DNA from: Prochlorococcus sp. AG-321-D23
Lineage (GTDB): Bacteria > Cyanobacteriota > Cyanobacteriia > PCC-6307 > Cyanobiaceae
Direction of reading: 5' to 3'
Assembly (NCBI GenBank): GCA_003283445.1
Contig: QBXG01000001.1
Location: 1,587-65,586, forward strand
Length of the DNA stretch: 64,000 nucleotides
Shown here: in pieces, positions 1-12,340 of the stretch
Layout of the letters: each line of letters starts with the position of its first letter
Position numbering within the stretch: the stretch's first letter is position 1
Program-made: the position numbers and the translations under genes
Notes under the pieces: model-generated
What the model was told of the DNA's origin: nothing
What the model saw: only the letters and a program-made list of their open reading frames with translations
The model's database searches: none

Positions 1-271
1 TGGATACAGAATTGGAGGGAAAACTGGAACTTCTCAAAAGGCAGTTAATGGAAGGTATACTAGTAAAAAGGTTTGTAGTTTTGTAGCTTCTTTTCCTGTT
101 AATAATCCAAAGTATGTTGTCCTTGTTGTTATTGACGAACCTTCAAAGGCATATGCTTATGGTTCAACGGTTGCAGTGCCAATTGCAAAAGAAATCATCG
201 AAAGTTTAATTGTTATTGAAAAAATACCGCCACATATTGAAGAAAACAGGAAAGTTGTTAAAAAACCATGA
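1..271 (+). CDS. ftsI: Penicillin-binding protein (FtsI/PBP3-like), 3' end only
   Basis: Manual translation from nt 2: GYRIGGKTGTSQKA...FVASFPVNNPKYVVLVVIDEP...YGSTVAVP, stop TGA at 269-271. Has the KTG transpeptidase motif and a class B PBP C-terminus. Confidence 0.8.
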   Translation, partial: GYRIGGKTGTSQKAVNGRYTSKKVCSFVASFPVNNPKYVVLVVIDEPSKAYAYGSTVAVPIAKEIIESLIVIEKIPPHIEENRKVVKKP

Positions 272-361
272 AATTATTCTGGTTTTTAGTTAATTAGTCC
301 GTTATTTAATGATTTCATTTGAAATTGAAGCTATCGTATAAAAATATATGGTTATCTAAAA

Positions 362-1369
362 ATGAAATCAATTTTAGAACAATTATCTTCTATTACTGTT
401 GTTGTCGCTGATACTGGAGATTTAGATGCGATTAAAAAGTTTCAACCTAGAGATGCCACTACTAATCCGTCACTAATTTTGGCTGCGGCTAAGAATCCTG
501 ATTACATAAAATTAATAGATCAAGCTTTGGAAAGCTCAAGAAAATCCCTACCTGTTGGCTTTTCTGAAAGTGAATTAATTAAAGAGACTATAGATCAGGT
601 TTCAGTATTTTTTGGCAAGGAAATTCTTAATCTTATTTCTGGAAGAGTATCTACAGAAGTTGATGCAAGACTAAGTTTTGATACTGAAGCAACAGTTGCA
701 AAAGCGAGAAAGTTAATAAATCACTATAAAAGTTTTGGAATAGATAAAGAAAGAATATTGATTAAGATCGCTTCAACTTGGGAAGGAATTAAGGCAGCTG
801 AAATTTTAGAAAAAGAAGGTATTAAATGCAATTTAACTTTACTTTTTAACTTCTGCCAAGCTGTAGCCTGTGCTAATGCAAAAATAACCTTAATCTCGCC
901 TTTCGTAGGGCGAATATTGGATTGGCATAAAGCAAAAACTGGCAAAGATAACTTTGCAGGGTGTGAAGATCCAGGTGTTATGTCAGTAACCAAAATCTAC
1001 AATTATTTTAAAGAAAAAGGATTTAAAACTGAAGTCATGGGTGCAAGCTTTAGAAATATAGATGAAATAAAAGAATTAGCAGGATGTGACCTTCTAACTA
1101 TTGCTCCAAAATTTTTAGACGAACTTAATAGAGAGGAAGGAGAATTAATTAAAAAATTAGATGAAGATACTCAATCCCATAGTTCTATTGATTATAAATT
1201 TGATGAGAGAGACTTTAGATTAAGTATGCTAGAGGATCAAATGGCAAGTGAAAAGCTTAGTGAAGGAATAACAGGCTTCAGCAAAGCAATAGAAGAATTA
1301 GAAGAGTTGTTATTAAAAAGACTTTCAGAAATTAATAATCAAAAATTAATTTCGACAACTCAGATTTAA
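362..1369 (+). CDS. tal: Transaldolase
   Basis: [15 protein letters not shown] and [12 protein letters not shown] (catalytic Lys) signatures. Confidence 0.97.
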   Translation: MKSILEQLSSITVVVADTGDLDAIKKFQPRDATTNPSLILAAAKNPDYIKLIDQALESSRKSLPVGFSESELIKETIDQVSVFFGKEILNLISGRVSTEVDARLSFDTEATVAKARKLINHYKSFGIDKERILIKIASTWEGIKAAEILEKEGIKCNLTLLFNFCQAVACANAKITLISPFVGRILDWHKAKTGKDNFAGCEDPGVMSVTKIYNYFKEKGFKTEVMGASFRNIDEIKELAGCDLLTIAPKFLDELNREEGELIKKLDEDTQSHSSIDYKFDERDFRLSMLEDQMASEKLSEGITGFSKAIEELEELLLKRLSEINNQKLISTTQI

Positions 1370-1388
1370 TTTTTATTAAAACATAAAA

Positions 1389-2522
1389 TTAATCTTTGCT
1401 TTTGGTTAGAAGTCTCTTGATAACTCTCATCGCAATGTCTTCATAATTCATTTGACCAGATAATATTTGAGCAATACGTTGAGGGGCTGTTTTCCTCTTA
1501 ACACCTAATTGATAGCCAGTTCTTGGGAATCTATAAAATATTTGAGCAATCCTCTTTCCCCATGCCATGGATTTTCCCCATTCATTATTAATGTTTGTTG
1601 AATAATTATTTAAATTATTATTATTTTTGGACAAACACTCGTCAATACTTTCTGCAGCAAAATAACTACTAATTAGAGAAGGTCTAATACCTTCCGCCAA
1701 AAACGGATCGCAAAGTGAGGCTGCATCCCCCACCGCAATTACCCTATCTCCATTGAGCTTGTTTTGACCATTCCAAATTCTTAGTTTTTTATGAACCACC
1801 TTAAAAGATAAATCTTCAAATCCGAAACTTTTTATTACTTTGTTATTGAGGTCTTTATTTTCTAGAAGTTTATTATTTATAAAAGTGCCTAAGCCAATAT
1901 TCACACTGTCTTTTAATGGGAATGCCCAAGCAAATCCATATTTAACAAATCCAAACTCAAATCTAACTGAATCTTTAGGAATATTCCCTAATCCTTTTAA
2001 CCTCAAGGCGATAGTATTGGCAAATTTTGGCTTTCTTGGACCTAAGTTGAAATATCCAGCCCATTTAGATTGTGAACCGTCGGCAATAACAAGAAATTTA
2101 GATTTATATGTAACTTTATTGCTGCATTTTATTATCCAATTCTTATTTCGCTGCGTTATTTTTTCGACCTGTACTGGTCTTAATATCTCACCTCCATATT
2201 TTATAGCTTCATCAAGTAATAATTTATCTAATTTTTCTCTTCTAATTATCCAAAAAGGTGATTCACCACTAAGGTCAGCAATAACATTATCAGATGCCTC
2301 CCATCTGAATTCAACAGTCCTGATTTTAGATTCTATTGATTCATCTATATCTAATGGGAGATATTTTTTCATTGAGGATGCCATCCCTCCTGCGCATGGC
2401 TTTATACTTCCAGATACCTCCTTCTCTATAATTAAAACTGAATAGCCCTTTTTTGATAAGTTAAGTGCTGTAGAAGATCCTGAGAGACCTCCTCCAATAA
2501 TTATAATGTCGAATTCCTTCAA
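1389..2522 (-). CDS. Geranylgeranyl reductase-family FAD oxidoreductase
   Basis: GGGLSG dinucleotide motif, KPCAGG, GDAA...DPFLAEGI. The TTG start overlaps the frr stop. Confidence 0.8.
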   Translation of the reverse strand: MKEFDIIIIGGGLSGSSTALNLSKKGYSVLIIEKEVSGSIKPCAGGMASSMKKYLPLDIDESIESKIRTVEFRWEASDNVIADLSGESPFWIIRREKLDKLLLDEAIKYGGEILRPVQVEKITQRNKNWIIKCSNKVTYKSKFLVIADGSQSKWAGYFNLGPRKPKFANTIALRLKGLGNIPKDSVRFEFGFVKYGFAWAFPLKDSVNIGLGTFINNKLLENKDLNNKVIKSFGFEDLSFKVVHKKLRIWNGQNKLNGDRVIAVGDAASLCDPFLAEGIRPSLISSYFAAESIDECLSKNNNNLNNYSTNINNEWGKSMAWGKRIAQIFYRFPRTGYQLGVKRKTAPQRIAQILSGQMNYEDIAMRVIKRLLTKSKD

Positions 2523-3067
2523 ACTTTTAGAATTTCTTTCTCCTTTTCAGATAATTTGTTTTCTATTAAAGAAATATATTTGTCAGTAAATTTTTGTATC
2601 TCTAATTGATTATCTCTTGATACATCTTTTGATATTAAACCTTCTTTCTCATCTTTTTTCTCTTTGTCAACAGCATCCCTTCTAATATTTCTTAGCGCTA
2701 CTTTACCTTCCTCTGCATATTTAGAAGCTAACTTGCAAAACTCTTTTCTTCTTTCTTCAGTTAATGGTGGGACATTTATTCTTATCACCTTCCCATCATT
2801 GTTGGGAGTGATACCTAAATCACTAACTGAGATTGCTTTTTCAATAGTTTGTAAGGAAGAAATATCAAATGGTTGTATTGAAATTGTTTGTGAATCGATA
2901 GTTGATATTGAGGCAAGTGATTTGATGGGGGTTTCCGCTCCATAATATTCAACACTTATTCTGTCTAATAATGATGCGTTAGCCCTCCCCGTCCTAATGG
3001 TGTTAAAGTTTCTTTGAGTGGCTTCAACACTTTTGTTCATACTAGATTGAATTTCTTGTTCTTTCAT
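2519..3067 (-). CDS. frr: Ribosome recycling factor
   Basis: [17 protein letters not shown] and RNIRRDA motifs. Confidence 0.98.
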   Translation of the reverse strand: MKEQEIQSSMNKSVEATQRNFNTIRTGRANASLLDRISVEYYGAETPIKSLASISTIDSQTISIQPFDISSLQTIEKAISVSDLGITPNNDGKVIRINVPPLTEERRKEFCKLASKYAEEGKVALRNIRRDAVDKEKKDEKEGLISKDVSRDNQLEIQKFTDKYISLIENKLSEKEKEILKV

Positions 3068-3079
3068 AATTAGAAATAA

Positions 3080-3784
3080 TTAACTTATTAAAGAGCCTAT
3101 ACACTCTCCGTCAACAGCTCTGGAGATATTACCTTTTTTAAAAATATCAAAAACCATAATTGGAATATTATTATCTTTGCATAGAGCAATAGCAGTACTG
3201 TCCATCACAGCGATTTCATCACTAAGAACCTGTTGATAAGTTAGAGAAGAATACTTTTTTGCTTCTTTAAATTTATTAGGATCACGATCATAAACCCCAT
3301 CAACTTTTGTCGCCTTCATAACAACTTCAGCATTTATTTCGGCGGCCCTTAAAGCGGCAGTTGTATCTGTAGTGAAAAATGGATTTCCACAACCACCTCC
3401 AAAAACTACAACTCTTCCTTTCTCTAAATGTCTCATTGCTCTTCTTCTAATATAAGGTTCAGCAATTTCTTGCATCTCTATAGCTGTTTGTACTCTAGTT
3501 TCTACCCCAACTCTCTCTAATCCATCTTGAAGGGAAATAGCATTCATCACTGTTGCTAACATTCCGACATAATCAGCTGTAGCTCTGTCCATACCATCAG
3601 CAGAACCTTTTAGCCCTCTAAATATGTTGCCACCCCCGACAACTATTGCAAGTTGAACTTTATTTGCAATTACCCTCTCAACATCTTCAGCTATTGATTG
3701 AACTATCGCAGGGTCTATACCGTACGGTTTATCTCCCATTAGTGCTTCACCACTAAGCTTTAAAAGTACTCTTTTGTAAGTCAT
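3080..3784 (-). CDS. pyrH: UMP kinase
   Basis: [27 protein letters not shown]; conserved pyrH-frr order. Confidence 0.98.
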   Translation of the reverse strand: MTYKRVLLKLSGEALMGDKPYGIDPAIVQSIAEDVERVIANKVQLAIVVGGGNIFRGLKGSADGMDRATADYVGMLATVMNAISLQDGLERVGVETRVQTAIEMQEIAEPYIRRRAMRHLEKGRVVVFGGGCGNPFFTTDTTAALRAAEINAEVVMKATKVDGVYDRDPNKFKEAKKYSSLTYQQVLSDEIAVMDSTAIALCKDNNIPIMVFDIFKKGNISRAVDGECIGSLIS

Positions 3785-3912
3785 TCAATAATCATACTTT
3801 TAAGACCTTAGCAAGTAAATATACAGAATTTCTTTTTTAGGTTAATAATACTTCCGTCTTTAAACAATTCTCAATCGAAAACCAGAAAAACAAATAAAGT
3901 TCCTTCGAAATT

Positions 3913-4608
3913 CTAAAACTCCACACATGCTTGAGCTTTTATTCCTTGCTCCTTAAAAGGATGCCTAATTAATTTCATCTCTGTTACTAGATCAGCTTGA
4001 TTAATGATTGATTCGGAAGCTCCTCTTCCAGTTAAAACTATGTGATTTTTTCTATTATCTAGACTCTTTACAAATGCAATTATTTCTTCTGGAGAAAGAT
4101 ATCCAAGTTTGGTTGCGATATTAATTTCATCAAGGATTATAAGTTTATATGATTCATCTTTTATGAATTTTTTAGCTACATGCCAAGCTTCTTTAACTAA
4201 TACTTCGTCCCTTACCCTATCTTGTGTTTCCCAAGTAAATCCCTCTCCTAAAGCGTGCCATGAAATATTTGATGATAAATTTTTAAGAGCTTTTTCTTCA
4301 CCGGTAGTCCAACCACCTTTAATAAATTGAATAATTGCGACTTTATGACCATGTCCAATAGTTCTTAAAGCCATTCCTAAAGAAGCAGTTGTTTTCCCTT
4401 TCCCATTTCCAGTAAAAACAATTAATAAACCTTTTTTTGTTTTCCTTACTTGTAATCTCTTTGATTGAATATCTTTTCTTTTTTGCATTCTTTTTTTATA
4501 AAGATTCTCATCAGTTTCAGGAGATAACTTGCCTCCTATTCCAAGTTCTTTAGCCTGAATATCAAGACTAATTATATTTTTTGAAGGGGGTTGTTTCTCA
4601 TCAGCCAT
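3913..4608 (-). CDS. cobO: Cob(I)alamin adenosyltransferase
   Basis: TGNGKGKTTA P-loop, IQFIKG, LDE, LTGR, HPF. Confidence 0.95.
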   Translation of the reverse strand: MADEKQPPSKNIISLDIQAKELGIGGKLSPETDENLYKKRMQKRKDIQSKRLQVRKTKKGLLIVFTGNGKGKTTASLGMALRTIGHGHKVAIIQFIKGGWTTGEEKALKNLSSNISWHALGEGFTWETQDRVRDEVLVKEAWHVAKKFIKDESYKLIILDEINIATKLGYLSPEEIIAFVKSLDNRKNHIVLTGRGASESIINQADLVTEMKLIRHPFKEQGIKAQACVEF

Positions 4609-4638
4609 AAAATAACTTTTAATTTTGATTATACTGAT

Positions 4639-5808
4639 TTAAAAATTTTCGAGTTTTTTATATTTTGAAAGTGCATTATTAACAGCTTGTTGCTGATCTC
4701 GTTTCGTTATCCAGTGATGATAGGTTTGAGTATGTAGGCTAACGGAATGTCCCATCATCCTTGCTGCAACTGTATCAGGTAGATCATAAAAAATTGTCCT
4801 TACGGCCCATGCATGTCTTAGGTCATAAGGTTTTATTTTAAGGGAATAACGTTTAAATTGATCAGTTATTTTTTTCCCAATATTTTGCAAAGTTGTAACT
4901 CTAAGATCTCTATTAATTTTTGGAAGTAATTCTGGATCTTTGCCTAATTCACAAAGTTCAAATTTATCTACCCATTTGGGATGAAAGGGCCAAACCTGAT
5001 GTTCTCCTGTTTTAGTAGTAGGCAAAACTCTAATGATTTTGTCTCCATAATTGGTTAAGGAGCTTAAATCACAAAAAAATACTTCATGATTTCTTAAACC
5101 ATATGTGGCCATAAGCCCGAAAACATATTTCCAGGATTTGTTTGGTATCTTATCCCATATACTTTCAATTATCTCGTCAGTAGGAAGATCCCTAAAGCTT
5201 GCTTTATTCAGTCCATAACCTTTAGCCATTAATTTCCAATCTTCAGGAAGTTTATGTTCTAAAAATTTTGCCAAAACACCCAGTGAAGTCGCGCATTGTT
5301 TTCTGCTTCTACTCCCTTCTTTATAAGTTTTTAAAGTGGATGTAAAAATATTATCTAAATTTTCAGTATTCGTATCATTTTGGATAGATATCATTCTATT
5401 AATGTAGGGCTTATAAGAGCTTCTCCAAGTTGTTTTTCGAGTGCTTGTTAAGTATTCGTTTTTATTCTCCCTAAAAAAATAATTCTCAAAATCATTAAGT
5501 CTAGTTAAAAATTTAAATTCATCTTTTAATTCCTTTTTATCAGAATTTTTTACCCAATTGATCCAATCAAATTGATTTAACTCTAATTGCAAAGTTATCA
5601 ATTGTAATTTTTTCTTAGCTTCTTCTAAGCCATTAAAATCGGCTTTAAGTCCAAGAGATATTCGTTGAACCGTAAAGTCATTTTTATTATTTTTTGAAGG
5701 TAGTGAACCTCTGATGTTTAATGTCTCACCTCTTTTTTCAATTCTAAGTTTGCTTCCTTCAGTAGCAAATTTGTCATTGACATTATTAATTTCCTGAATT
5801 ACGTTCAT
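4639..5808 (-). CDS. Tyrosine recombinase / phage-integrase-family protein
   Basis: YGLRNHE (box I Arg), TKTG, YDLRHAWA (box II), MMGHS and downstream Tyr (HTQTY). Confidence 0.88.
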   Translation of the reverse strand: MNVIQEINNVNDKFATEGSKLRIEKRGETLNIRGSLPSKNNKNDFTVQRISLGLKADFNGLEEAKKKLQLITLQLELNQFDWINWVKNSDKKELKDEFKFLTRLNDFENYFFRENKNEYLTSTRKTTWRSSYKPYINRMISIQNDTNTENLDNIFTSTLKTYKEGSRSRKQCATSLGVLAKFLEHKLPEDWKLMAKGYGLNKASFRDLPTDEIIESIWDKIPNKSWKYVFGLMATYGLRNHEVFFCDLSSLTNYGDKIIRVLPTTKTGEHQVWPFHPKWVDKFELCELGKDPELLPKINRDLRVTTLQNIGKKITDQFKRYSLKIKPYDLRHAWAVRTIFYDLPDTVAARMMGHSVSLHTQTYHHWITKRDQQQAVNNALSKYKKLENF

Positions 5809-5873
5809 TAACTTATATAATTATCTTTATAATGACGTTCCAAATGTTTATTTTCAATCTCCATAAAATTTAA

Positions 5874-7049
5874 ATGGAAAAAGTAGGCGTCTTATTGATG
5901 AATCTTGGCGGCCCTGAAAGGATTACAGATGTAGGTCCATTTTTATATAATTTATTTTCTGATCCTGAAATAATTAGGCTTCCCGTCCCAGCATTTCAGA
6001 AACCTTTAGCATGGTTAATAAGTACACTTAGAAGTACTACTTCACAACAGGCTTACCTTTCAATAGGGGGTGGATCACCTATTAGAAGGATTACGGAACA
6101 ACAAGCTAGAGAATTACAAAGCAAATTAAGAGATCAAGGTTTAAATGTAACAACTTATATAGCTATGAGATACTGGCATCCTTTCACAGAATCAGCCATC
6201 GCTGATATGAAAGCAGATGGGGTAGATCAAATTGTCGTATTGCCTCTATACCCACACTTTTCTATAAGTACAAGTGGTTCGAGCTTTAGAGAATTAAAAA
6301 AATTAAGAGACTCTGATTCTGAGTTTAAAAAAATACCAATGAGATGTGTAAGGAGTTGGTTTAGTCAATCAGGTTACTTAAAATCCATGGTTGAGCTCAT
6401 ATCGGAACAAATTTCACTCTGTGAATCGCCTGATAGTGCACATATCTTTTTTACAGCTCATGGGGTTCCTAAAAGTTATGTGGAGGAAGCAGGAGATCCA
6501 TATAAAGAACAAATAGAAGATTGTTCACTACTAATTATTGATGAACTTGAAAAATATTTAGGTCATACCAATCCCTACACTCTGTCTTATCAAAGTAGGG
6601 TAGGTCCAGTTGAATGGTTAAAACCGTACACAGAAGAAGTTTTGACAGATCTTGGCAAAGCTAAAGTAAATGATTTAATTGTAGTTCCTATAAGTTTCGT
6701 AGGAGAACATATTGAAACTTTACAGGAAATTGATATTGAATATAAAGAAATTGCTGAGAAAGCAGGCATTGTTAATTTTAGAAGGGTCAAAGCATTAAAT
6801 ACACATCCTACATTTATTGAGGGTTTGAGTGATCTAGTTGTTTCTTGTTTAGAAGGACCGATGATTAATATAGAGAAAGCTTCTGAATTGCCTGAGAAAG
6901 TTAAATTATACCCTCAGGAAAAATGGCAATGGGGTTGGAATAATAGTTCAGAAGTTTGGAACGGTAGGGTTGCTATGATCGTCTTCCTTATACTTTTTAT
7001 TGAACTTATCTCAGGTTCTGGGCCTCTTCATAAGTTAGGGATTTTATAA
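5874..7049 (+). CDS. hemH: Ferrochelatase with C-terminal CAB/HLIP-like helix
   Basis: [33 protein letters not shown]; C-terminal EVWNGRVAM plus a hydrophobic helix. Confidence 0.97.
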   Translation: MEKVGVLLMNLGGPERITDVGPFLYNLFSDPEIIRLPVPAFQKPLAWLISTLRSTTSQQAYLSIGGGSPIRRITEQQARELQSKLRDQGLNVTTYIAMRYWHPFTESAIADMKADGVDQIVVLPLYPHFSISTSGSSFRELKKLRDSDSEFKKIPMRCVRSWFSQSGYLKSMVELISEQISLCESPDSAHIFFTAHGVPKSYVEEAGDPYKEQIEDCSLLIIDELEKYLGHTNPYTLSYQSRVGPVEWLKPYTEEVLTDLGKAKVNDLIVVPISFVGEHIETLQEIDIEYKEIAEKAGIVNFRRVKALNTHPTFIEGLSDLVVSCLEGPMINIEKASELPEKVKLYPQEKWQWGWNNSSEVWNGRVAMIVFLILFIELISGSGPLHKLGIL

Positions 7050-7183
7050 ATTTAATATTATTAAAAAAGATCTAAAACTATATCAAGAGCAAATAAATTT
7101 CTAAGTAATCTTTGACATTACATTTCCAAAATGGGCAATATTTTTTAATTAAGTTTATTATTTAAATAGATTTATTTTCTTTA

Positions 7184-8947
7184 GTGACACTTACTTCGAC
7201 ATCTTTATCAAAAGATGATTCAGAAAAAAATTACCCCATATGGATTACAGGTGCTGAAGCACTTATGGATTCACTAAAAGTTCATGATGTAAAAGTGATA
7301 TTTGGATATCCAGGCGGCGCCATACTCCCTATTTATGATGCAGTACATAAAGCAGAAAATGATGGATGGTTAAAACATTACATGGTAAGACATGAGCAGG
7401 GAGGATCCCATGCTGCAGATGGATATGCCAGGTCAACAGGTGAGGTAGGGGTTTGTTTTGGTACTTCAGGTCCAGGGGCTACGAATTTAGTAACTGGTAT
7501 TGCTACAGCTCAAATGGATTCAGTTCCCTTGGTAGTAGTTACTGGCCAAGTTCCAAGACCTGCTATTGGAACAGATGCTTTTCAAGAGACTGATATTTTT
7601 GGAATTACACTCCCTATCGTTAAACATTCATGGGTTGTAAGAGATCCGTCTGATATAGCAAAAGTAGTTTCAGAAGCGTTTTTTATTGCTTCTTCTGGAA
7701 GACCTGGCCCAGTTTTAATTGATATACCAAAAGATGTTGGTCAAGAATTCTTTAATTATGAAAGAATTTTACCTGGTGAGATTATTCCTAAGGGTTTTAA
7801 AAGGAATGGAGAAATTAACGACTCTGATATCAAAAAGGCTATTGAATTGATTCAAGAATCTTCAAGACCTTTGTTATATGTAGGAGGTGGAGCAATATCT
7901 TCAGGTGCTCATGAGGAACTAGAAACCTTAGCTAATAATTATCAAATTCCAGTAACCACTACTTTAATGGGGAAAGGGGTCTTTGACGAAAGGGATGTCT
8001 TATCAGTTGGGATGTTGGGAATGCATGGAACCGCATATGCAAACTTTGCAGTCACGGAATGCGATCTTTTGATTGCTGTAGGTGCGAGATTTGATGATAG
8101 GGTTACTGGGAAATTAGATACATTCGCTCCATCTGCAAAGGTTATTCATATTGATATCGATCCTGCAGAAGTTAATAAAAATAGACGTGTTGATGTTGCT
8201 ATTGTTTCGGATGTAGCTAAAGCTCTTTCAAAAATTAATGAAAAATCCTTTATTAATAAAATCTCCTGTAATACAAAAAATTGGCTAGAAAAAATTAATT
8301 TTTGGAAAAATAAGCATCCTTTATTTGTTCCTCCAGAAGAAGGTGAAATTTATCCTCAAGAAGTTCTTTTGAAAGTAAGAGATTTTTCTCCTGAAGCCTT
8401 CATCACAACTGATGTAGGTCAACATCAAATGTGGGCTGCTCAGTATCTAAGAAATGCTCCGAGAAGATGGATAAGTAGTGCTGGTTTAGGAACGATGGGC
8501 TTTGGATTGCCTGCAGCCATGGGAGTAAAGGCTGCTCTGCCTAACGAGGAGGTTATCTGCATAGCTGGAGATGCAAGTGTTTTGATGAACATACAAGAAT
8601 TGGGTACTTTATCTCAATATGGTTTAAATATTAAATTAGTGATCATAAATAATCGCTGGCAGGGGATGGTAAGACAGTGGCAAGAAAGCTTTTATGATGA
8701 AAGGTACTCCTCCTCTGATATGAGTTGTGGAGAACCTGATTTCGTTAAACTCGCGGAATCGTTTGGAGTAAAAGGGTTCTTAATTTCAGAGAGGAAACAA
8801 TTATTAAATGAGTTTAAATCTGCTTTAGATTTTGATGGGCCAGCCTTAATTAATATACGAGTGAGGAGAGGTGAAAATTGCTATCCAATGGTTCCTCCAG
8901 GTAAAAGTAATGCTCAAATGGTGGGTTACGTGAACAGTGAAAGCTGA
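7184..8947 (+). CDS. ilvB: Acetolactate synthase large subunit
   Basis: [31 protein letters not shown]...N ThDP motif. Confidence 0.96.
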   Translation: MTLTSTSLSKDDSEKNYPIWITGAEALMDSLKVHDVKVIFGYPGGAILPIYDAVHKAENDGWLKHYMVRHEQGGSHAADGYARSTGEVGVCFGTSGPGATNLVTGIATAQMDSVPLVVVTGQVPRPAIGTDAFQETDIFGITLPIVKHSWVVRDPSDIAKVVSEAFFIASSGRPGPVLIDIPKDVGQEFFNYERILPGEIIPKGFKRNGEINDSDIKKAIELIQESSRPLLYVGGGAISSGAHEELETLANNYQIPVTTTLMGKGVFDERDVLSVGMLGMHGTAYANFAVTECDLLIAVGARFDDRVTGKLDTFAPSAKVIHIDIDPAEVNKNRRVDVAIVSDVAKALSKINEKSFINKISCNTKNWLEKINFWKNKHPLFVPPEEGEIYPQEVLLKVRDFSPEAFITTDVGQHQMWAAQYLRNAPRRWISSAGLGTMGFGLPAAMGVKAALPNEEVICIAGDASVLMNIQELGTLSQYGLNIKLVIINNRWQGMVRQWQESFYDERYSSSDMSCGEPDFVKLAESFGVKGFLISERKQLLNEFKSALDFDGPALINIRVRRGENCYPMVPPGKSNAQMVGYVNSES

Positions 8948-9004
8948 TTTTTATACAAATATACAAAATAAAAATTATTAACTGAATTAATATAGATCCT
9001 TAAA

Positions 9005-9358
9005 TTGAAAAAAATAACTTCTTTTTTAATTATTTTTCTTCTTGTTGTTTTATATCCAATTAGAACTTATTCTGCCGAAATTCTTCAGATAAATAACTCA
9101 AGTAGTATTTTAGTAGGAGATCAAAATAGAGATCTTCCAATCAAATTATTTTGTGTAGAAATAAACAATGAAGACGATGAAAAAATTGCTTTAAACCTAC
9201 TTAAGAAAGAATTTCCGAGAGGAAGTAAAGTTAAAATAAAACCAATTGGTTTCAAAGAAAATATATTAATAGCTAAGGTTTTTGATATTAATGAAACTAA
9301 AGAAATGTCAGATTTATTATTTGCAAAAAACTTATCAAAGGAGACCTGTCAAAATTAA
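9005..9358 (+). CDS. Conserved hypothetical exported protein (possibly SNase/OB-fold-like)
   Basis: N-terminal signal-like hydrophobic segment, TTG start, beta-rich body. The family guess is tentative. Confidence 0.55.
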   Translation: MKKITSFLIIFLLVVLYPIRTYSAEILQINNSSSILVGDQNRDLPIKLFCVEINNEDDEKIALNLLKKEFPRGSKVKIKPIGFKENILIAKVFDINETKEMSDLLFAKNLSKETCQN

Positions 9359-9364
9359 AATTTG

Positions 9365-10147
9365 CTAAGAACTTATAAAATTCCATTGCCGTAAATATGT
9401 TTTAGTTCTTCTCCAAGAATGAAAGTTATGATTTGATTCATATGTGCATAAGTTAGAAATATCAATATTTTTATTGGATATATTTTCTTTTAAAAGTTCA
9501 ATATGAGCATACTTTTTAATATTTAAAGGAATTAAATTGTTTTTTTGTAATTTTACTGACTCTTTTGATTTTAGTGATATCTCCATAGAATTTGAAAATA
9601 AAATTGATTCTTTAGAAACAGCGTTTTTATGAAAATTTTGAAGAGTTTTTTTATCAATTAGATAATGTTTTTTTGATATTGATGGACCTATTGCGACAAG
9701 CATATCTTCTTTTGAACATCCTTTATCATAAAAGATTTTGATGAGTTTTTTTATTATTTTGTTTTCTAACCCCTTTCTTCCGCAATGTATTGCAGCAACT
9801 AGTCTTTTCTTCTTGTCAGCAAATAAAATAGGCATACAATCTGCGGTGTATATCCATAAATTTTGATTTTGTTGATCAGAAACTATTCCATCAGCCTCTA
9901 CTCTTTCCTTCTCTGGAGTCTTTGATCCGACAACTATTTGATTGCTGTGTATTTGATTTAAAACGCAATTCTTATTGTTTAACTTAAGACGATTTGATAA
10001 AAGTGAAAGATTGATTTCAGAACTCGTTTTGTTAAAAAAACCATGTTTAAAGTTATTTTCAAGAAGAGTAGGAGATGAATAATATTTTAATTTTTTGTCT
10101 TTTATCGCAAACTCATTTTCTTGAAAATATTTTTGGCTAAAAGACAT
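9365..10147 (-). CDS. pgeF: YfiH/PgeF-family protein (peptidoglycan editing factor / purine nucleoside phosphorylase-like)
   Basis: QIHS, ADG, TADCMPI, AAIHCGRKG, IGPSI, CT...FHSWRR. Confidence 0.85.
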   Translation of the reverse strand: MSFSQKYFQENEFAIKDKKLKYYSSPTLLENNFKHGFFNKTSSEINLSLLSNRLKLNNKNCVLNQIHSNQIVVGSKTPEKERVEADGIVSDQQNQNLWIYTADCMPILFADKKKRLVAAIHCGRKGLENKIIKKLIKIFYDKGCSKEDMLVAIGPSISKKHYLIDKKTLQNFHKNAVSKESILFSNSMEISLKSKESVKLQKNNLIPLNIKKYAHIELLKENISNKNIDISNLCTYESNHNFHSWRRTKTYLRQWNFISS

Positions 10148-10157
10148 GATATTAGCC

Positions 10158-11063
10158 TTATGAAATTAGTTCAACATCTTTTAAAATCCAAAAACCAGCA
10201 AATTTTTCAATAAATGGAGTTGATTGTATGGATATAAACTGATAACCATTAGAATCTTTTTTAGTTTGAGTGAATTTATCATTTAATAACTTGGCATCTT
10301 TTTCTTGTAAATCTGTTACTAACCATTTATCATCTTCTGAGGCTTCAAGTATAAGTTGATTCTGTTTTATTAGCAGCTTGACGGGCTCTAAACTACTAAA
10401 CCAAGCGGCAAGAGCAAGTGATCTGTCTTTACTAAAAAGTCTAAGGCCAGGTACTAAGTTTTCATTTTTTATTGAACTCTGGATTGGGAAAATATCTCCA
10501 AATTCAATAGGCCAATTTTTAGCTAATTTTAATTCCTCTATAGATATTTCCGAGATTGTTAATGCATCACCTCTCACAGCCTCAGGCAAAGGTTTAGGAT
10601 CATTAGAAATATTAGAGGTAAAGGTTGGAGCTAATACTCCTCTTACATATCCTTTCTCTAAAGGATATATCTCTTGTTCGAGAAATTCGATTCTGTCAAA
10701 TAATTCATAAGTCCTTCTGCTAACAAGAGCTTCAATTCCTAAATTCTCAATAGATTTTTTAATTATTGATTTCATTGATGCTCTCCAAAATCTTATTTTA
10801 AATGGCTTTGCCCAACCTTCTCTTTCTGCATCATTCAGAGCTTCATTTAAAGCTTTTGTAAGCCATATTGAATTAACTTCGTTAGCGGGACATACTTTAT
10901 TCCACAAGAATATTTTCTCTGTTTTAAAGCTTTTTGAAGATGAAATAATTAATTCCCATCTTTTTTTACCATTGTTTTCGATAATTGGCCTCGAATAAAA
11001 GTCCAACTCCCAATCTGATATCTTTAATTCTTTATTCGAAATTATTTTTTCATTGATGGTCAT
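10158..11063 (-). CDS. Tab2/Atab2-family RNA-binding protein
   Basis: WELDFYSRP...GKKRWELI, VNSIWL, SRRTY and C-terminal FAGFWIL. Confidence 0.85.
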   Translation of the reverse strand: MTINEKIISNKELKISDWELDFYSRPIIENNGKKRWELIISSSKSFKTEKIFLWNKVCPANEVNSIWLTKALNEALNDAEREGWAKPFKIRFWRASMKSIIKKSIENLGIEALVSRRTYELFDRIEFLEQEIYPLEKGYVRGVLAPTFTSNISNDPKPLPEAVRGDALTISEISIEELKLAKNWPIEFGDIFPIQSSIKNENLVPGLRLFSKDRSLALAAWFSSLEPVKLLIKQNQLILEASEDDKWLVTDLQEKDAKLLNDKFTQTKKDSNGYQFISIQSTPFIEKFAGFWILKDVELIS

Positions 11064-12277
11064 TTTTCTAAATCTTTTTTATCAAAAAGTGACTTAGTTT
11101 TTAAGGACCTTTCAGAGGCTTCAATCATAACTTTTTCTTTATCAATGATTAATTCTCCAGGAGTGTTTTCTAATAAGGCTGTATTTAAACCAATTCTTCC
11201 TCTTTCCAAGTCAATTTCTGTTATTAGTGCCTTTATAACCTCACCCTCCAAGAAAATCTCTCTTAAATTTCGGATGGATCCATTTGTTATGGAGGATTGA
11301 TGAAGAAGCCCGCTTGCCCCTCCTAAATCAACAAAGAAGCCATATGGTTTTATTGCTAAAACTTCACCCTCAATTAATTGTCCTAATTCTAGATCTGCAA
11401 ATTTTGAGACTAATAGTGCTTTTTTTTCTGATAAAACAAGTTTCCGTGTCTCAGGATTTACCTCTAAAAATGCAACTTTTAAATTTTTACTAACTAAAGA
11501 TTGATAATCTTGACCATTTTCAAGTTGTGAACGTGGAATAAATCCTCTTAATCCATCAACATCGCAAGTAAGTCCTCCTCTATTAAAACCATTAATTGTA
11601 ACTTGTATTAATTCTCCATTTTTCGCAGAATTTGCAACTTTTTCCCAACTTTGTCTAAGTATTAATGCTCGTGCACTTACTGTGACCATACCATCAGCAT
11701 TCTGTTCTTTTATTACTAAAACTTCCATTTCTAAACCAATTGTAAATTTTTCTTTGAAATTTGTAATTACTCCTAATCCACATTCTTTTTTTGGCATGAA
11801 ACCAGGTGCTTTGCCACCAATGTCTATATACAAACCATCACTTTCTAATGCTATTACTTTCCCCTTAATTGTCTCTCCTGTTGCACCTATCGGTTCATTC
11901 TCGTTTAACGCTTCAAGAAAGGCACTTTCATCAAAATCAAATTCATCAACTTTTCTTTCTATGATGAAATCCTCATCTTCATCTTGAAATATTAGAGGTT
12001 TTTCTAACTCTTTATAACTTATATTTTCAAGGTCAATATTATCAGAATAACTTTCTTTTACTTCACTTATTGGGGCTTCAAAAATTTTAGGCTTTACAGC
12101 ATTGATGTCAGTTTTGACTTCTTTTGTAGAATTTTGATGACCATTAACTACTTCTTCCTTCTTACTAATAGTATCCTTTTTGCTTATGTGAAGGACTTGA
12201 AGTGGCTTCTTAACATTGTTTATGTCGCCCTTATTTTTCTTATAATTTTGGGCATCTTTATCACTAACTCCCTTCAT
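11060..12277 (-). CDS. S1 RNA-binding domain protein (ribosomal protein S1 homolog B)
   Basis: Three S1 repeats (YIDIGGKAPGFMP; GLRGFIPRSQL; KPYGFFVDLGGASGLLH) after a long low-complexity N-terminus. Confidence 0.88.
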   Translation of the reverse strand: MKGVSDKDAQNYKKNKGDINNVKKPLQVLHISKKDTISKKEEVVNGHQNSTKEVKTDINAVKPKIFEAPISEVKESYSDNIDLENISYKELEKPLIFQDEDEDFIIERKVDEFDFDESAFLEALNENEPIGATGETIKGKVIALESDGLYIDIGGKAPGFMPKKECGLGVITNFKEKFTIGLEMEVLVIKEQNADGMVTVSARALILRQSWEKVANSAKNGELIQVTINGFNRGGLTCDVDGLRGFIPRSQLENGQDYQSLVSKNLKVAFLEVNPETRKLVLSEKKALLVSKFADLELGQLIEGEVLAIKPYGFFVDLGGASGLLHQSSITNGSIRNLREIFLEGEVIKALITEIDLERGRIGLNTALLENTPGELIIDKEKVMIEASERSLKTKSLFDKKDLEK

Positions 12278-12340
12278 AGGTAAAATAAGAGTAATTTAAT
12301 ATTAACTTATTCTAAATGTTAGTACTCACAATTAAAAATA

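Noticed and set aside
6940-7049. Chlorophyll-binding-like helix fused to ferrochelatase
   Set aside because: Well-known CAB domain of cyanobacterial ferrochelatase, not novel.
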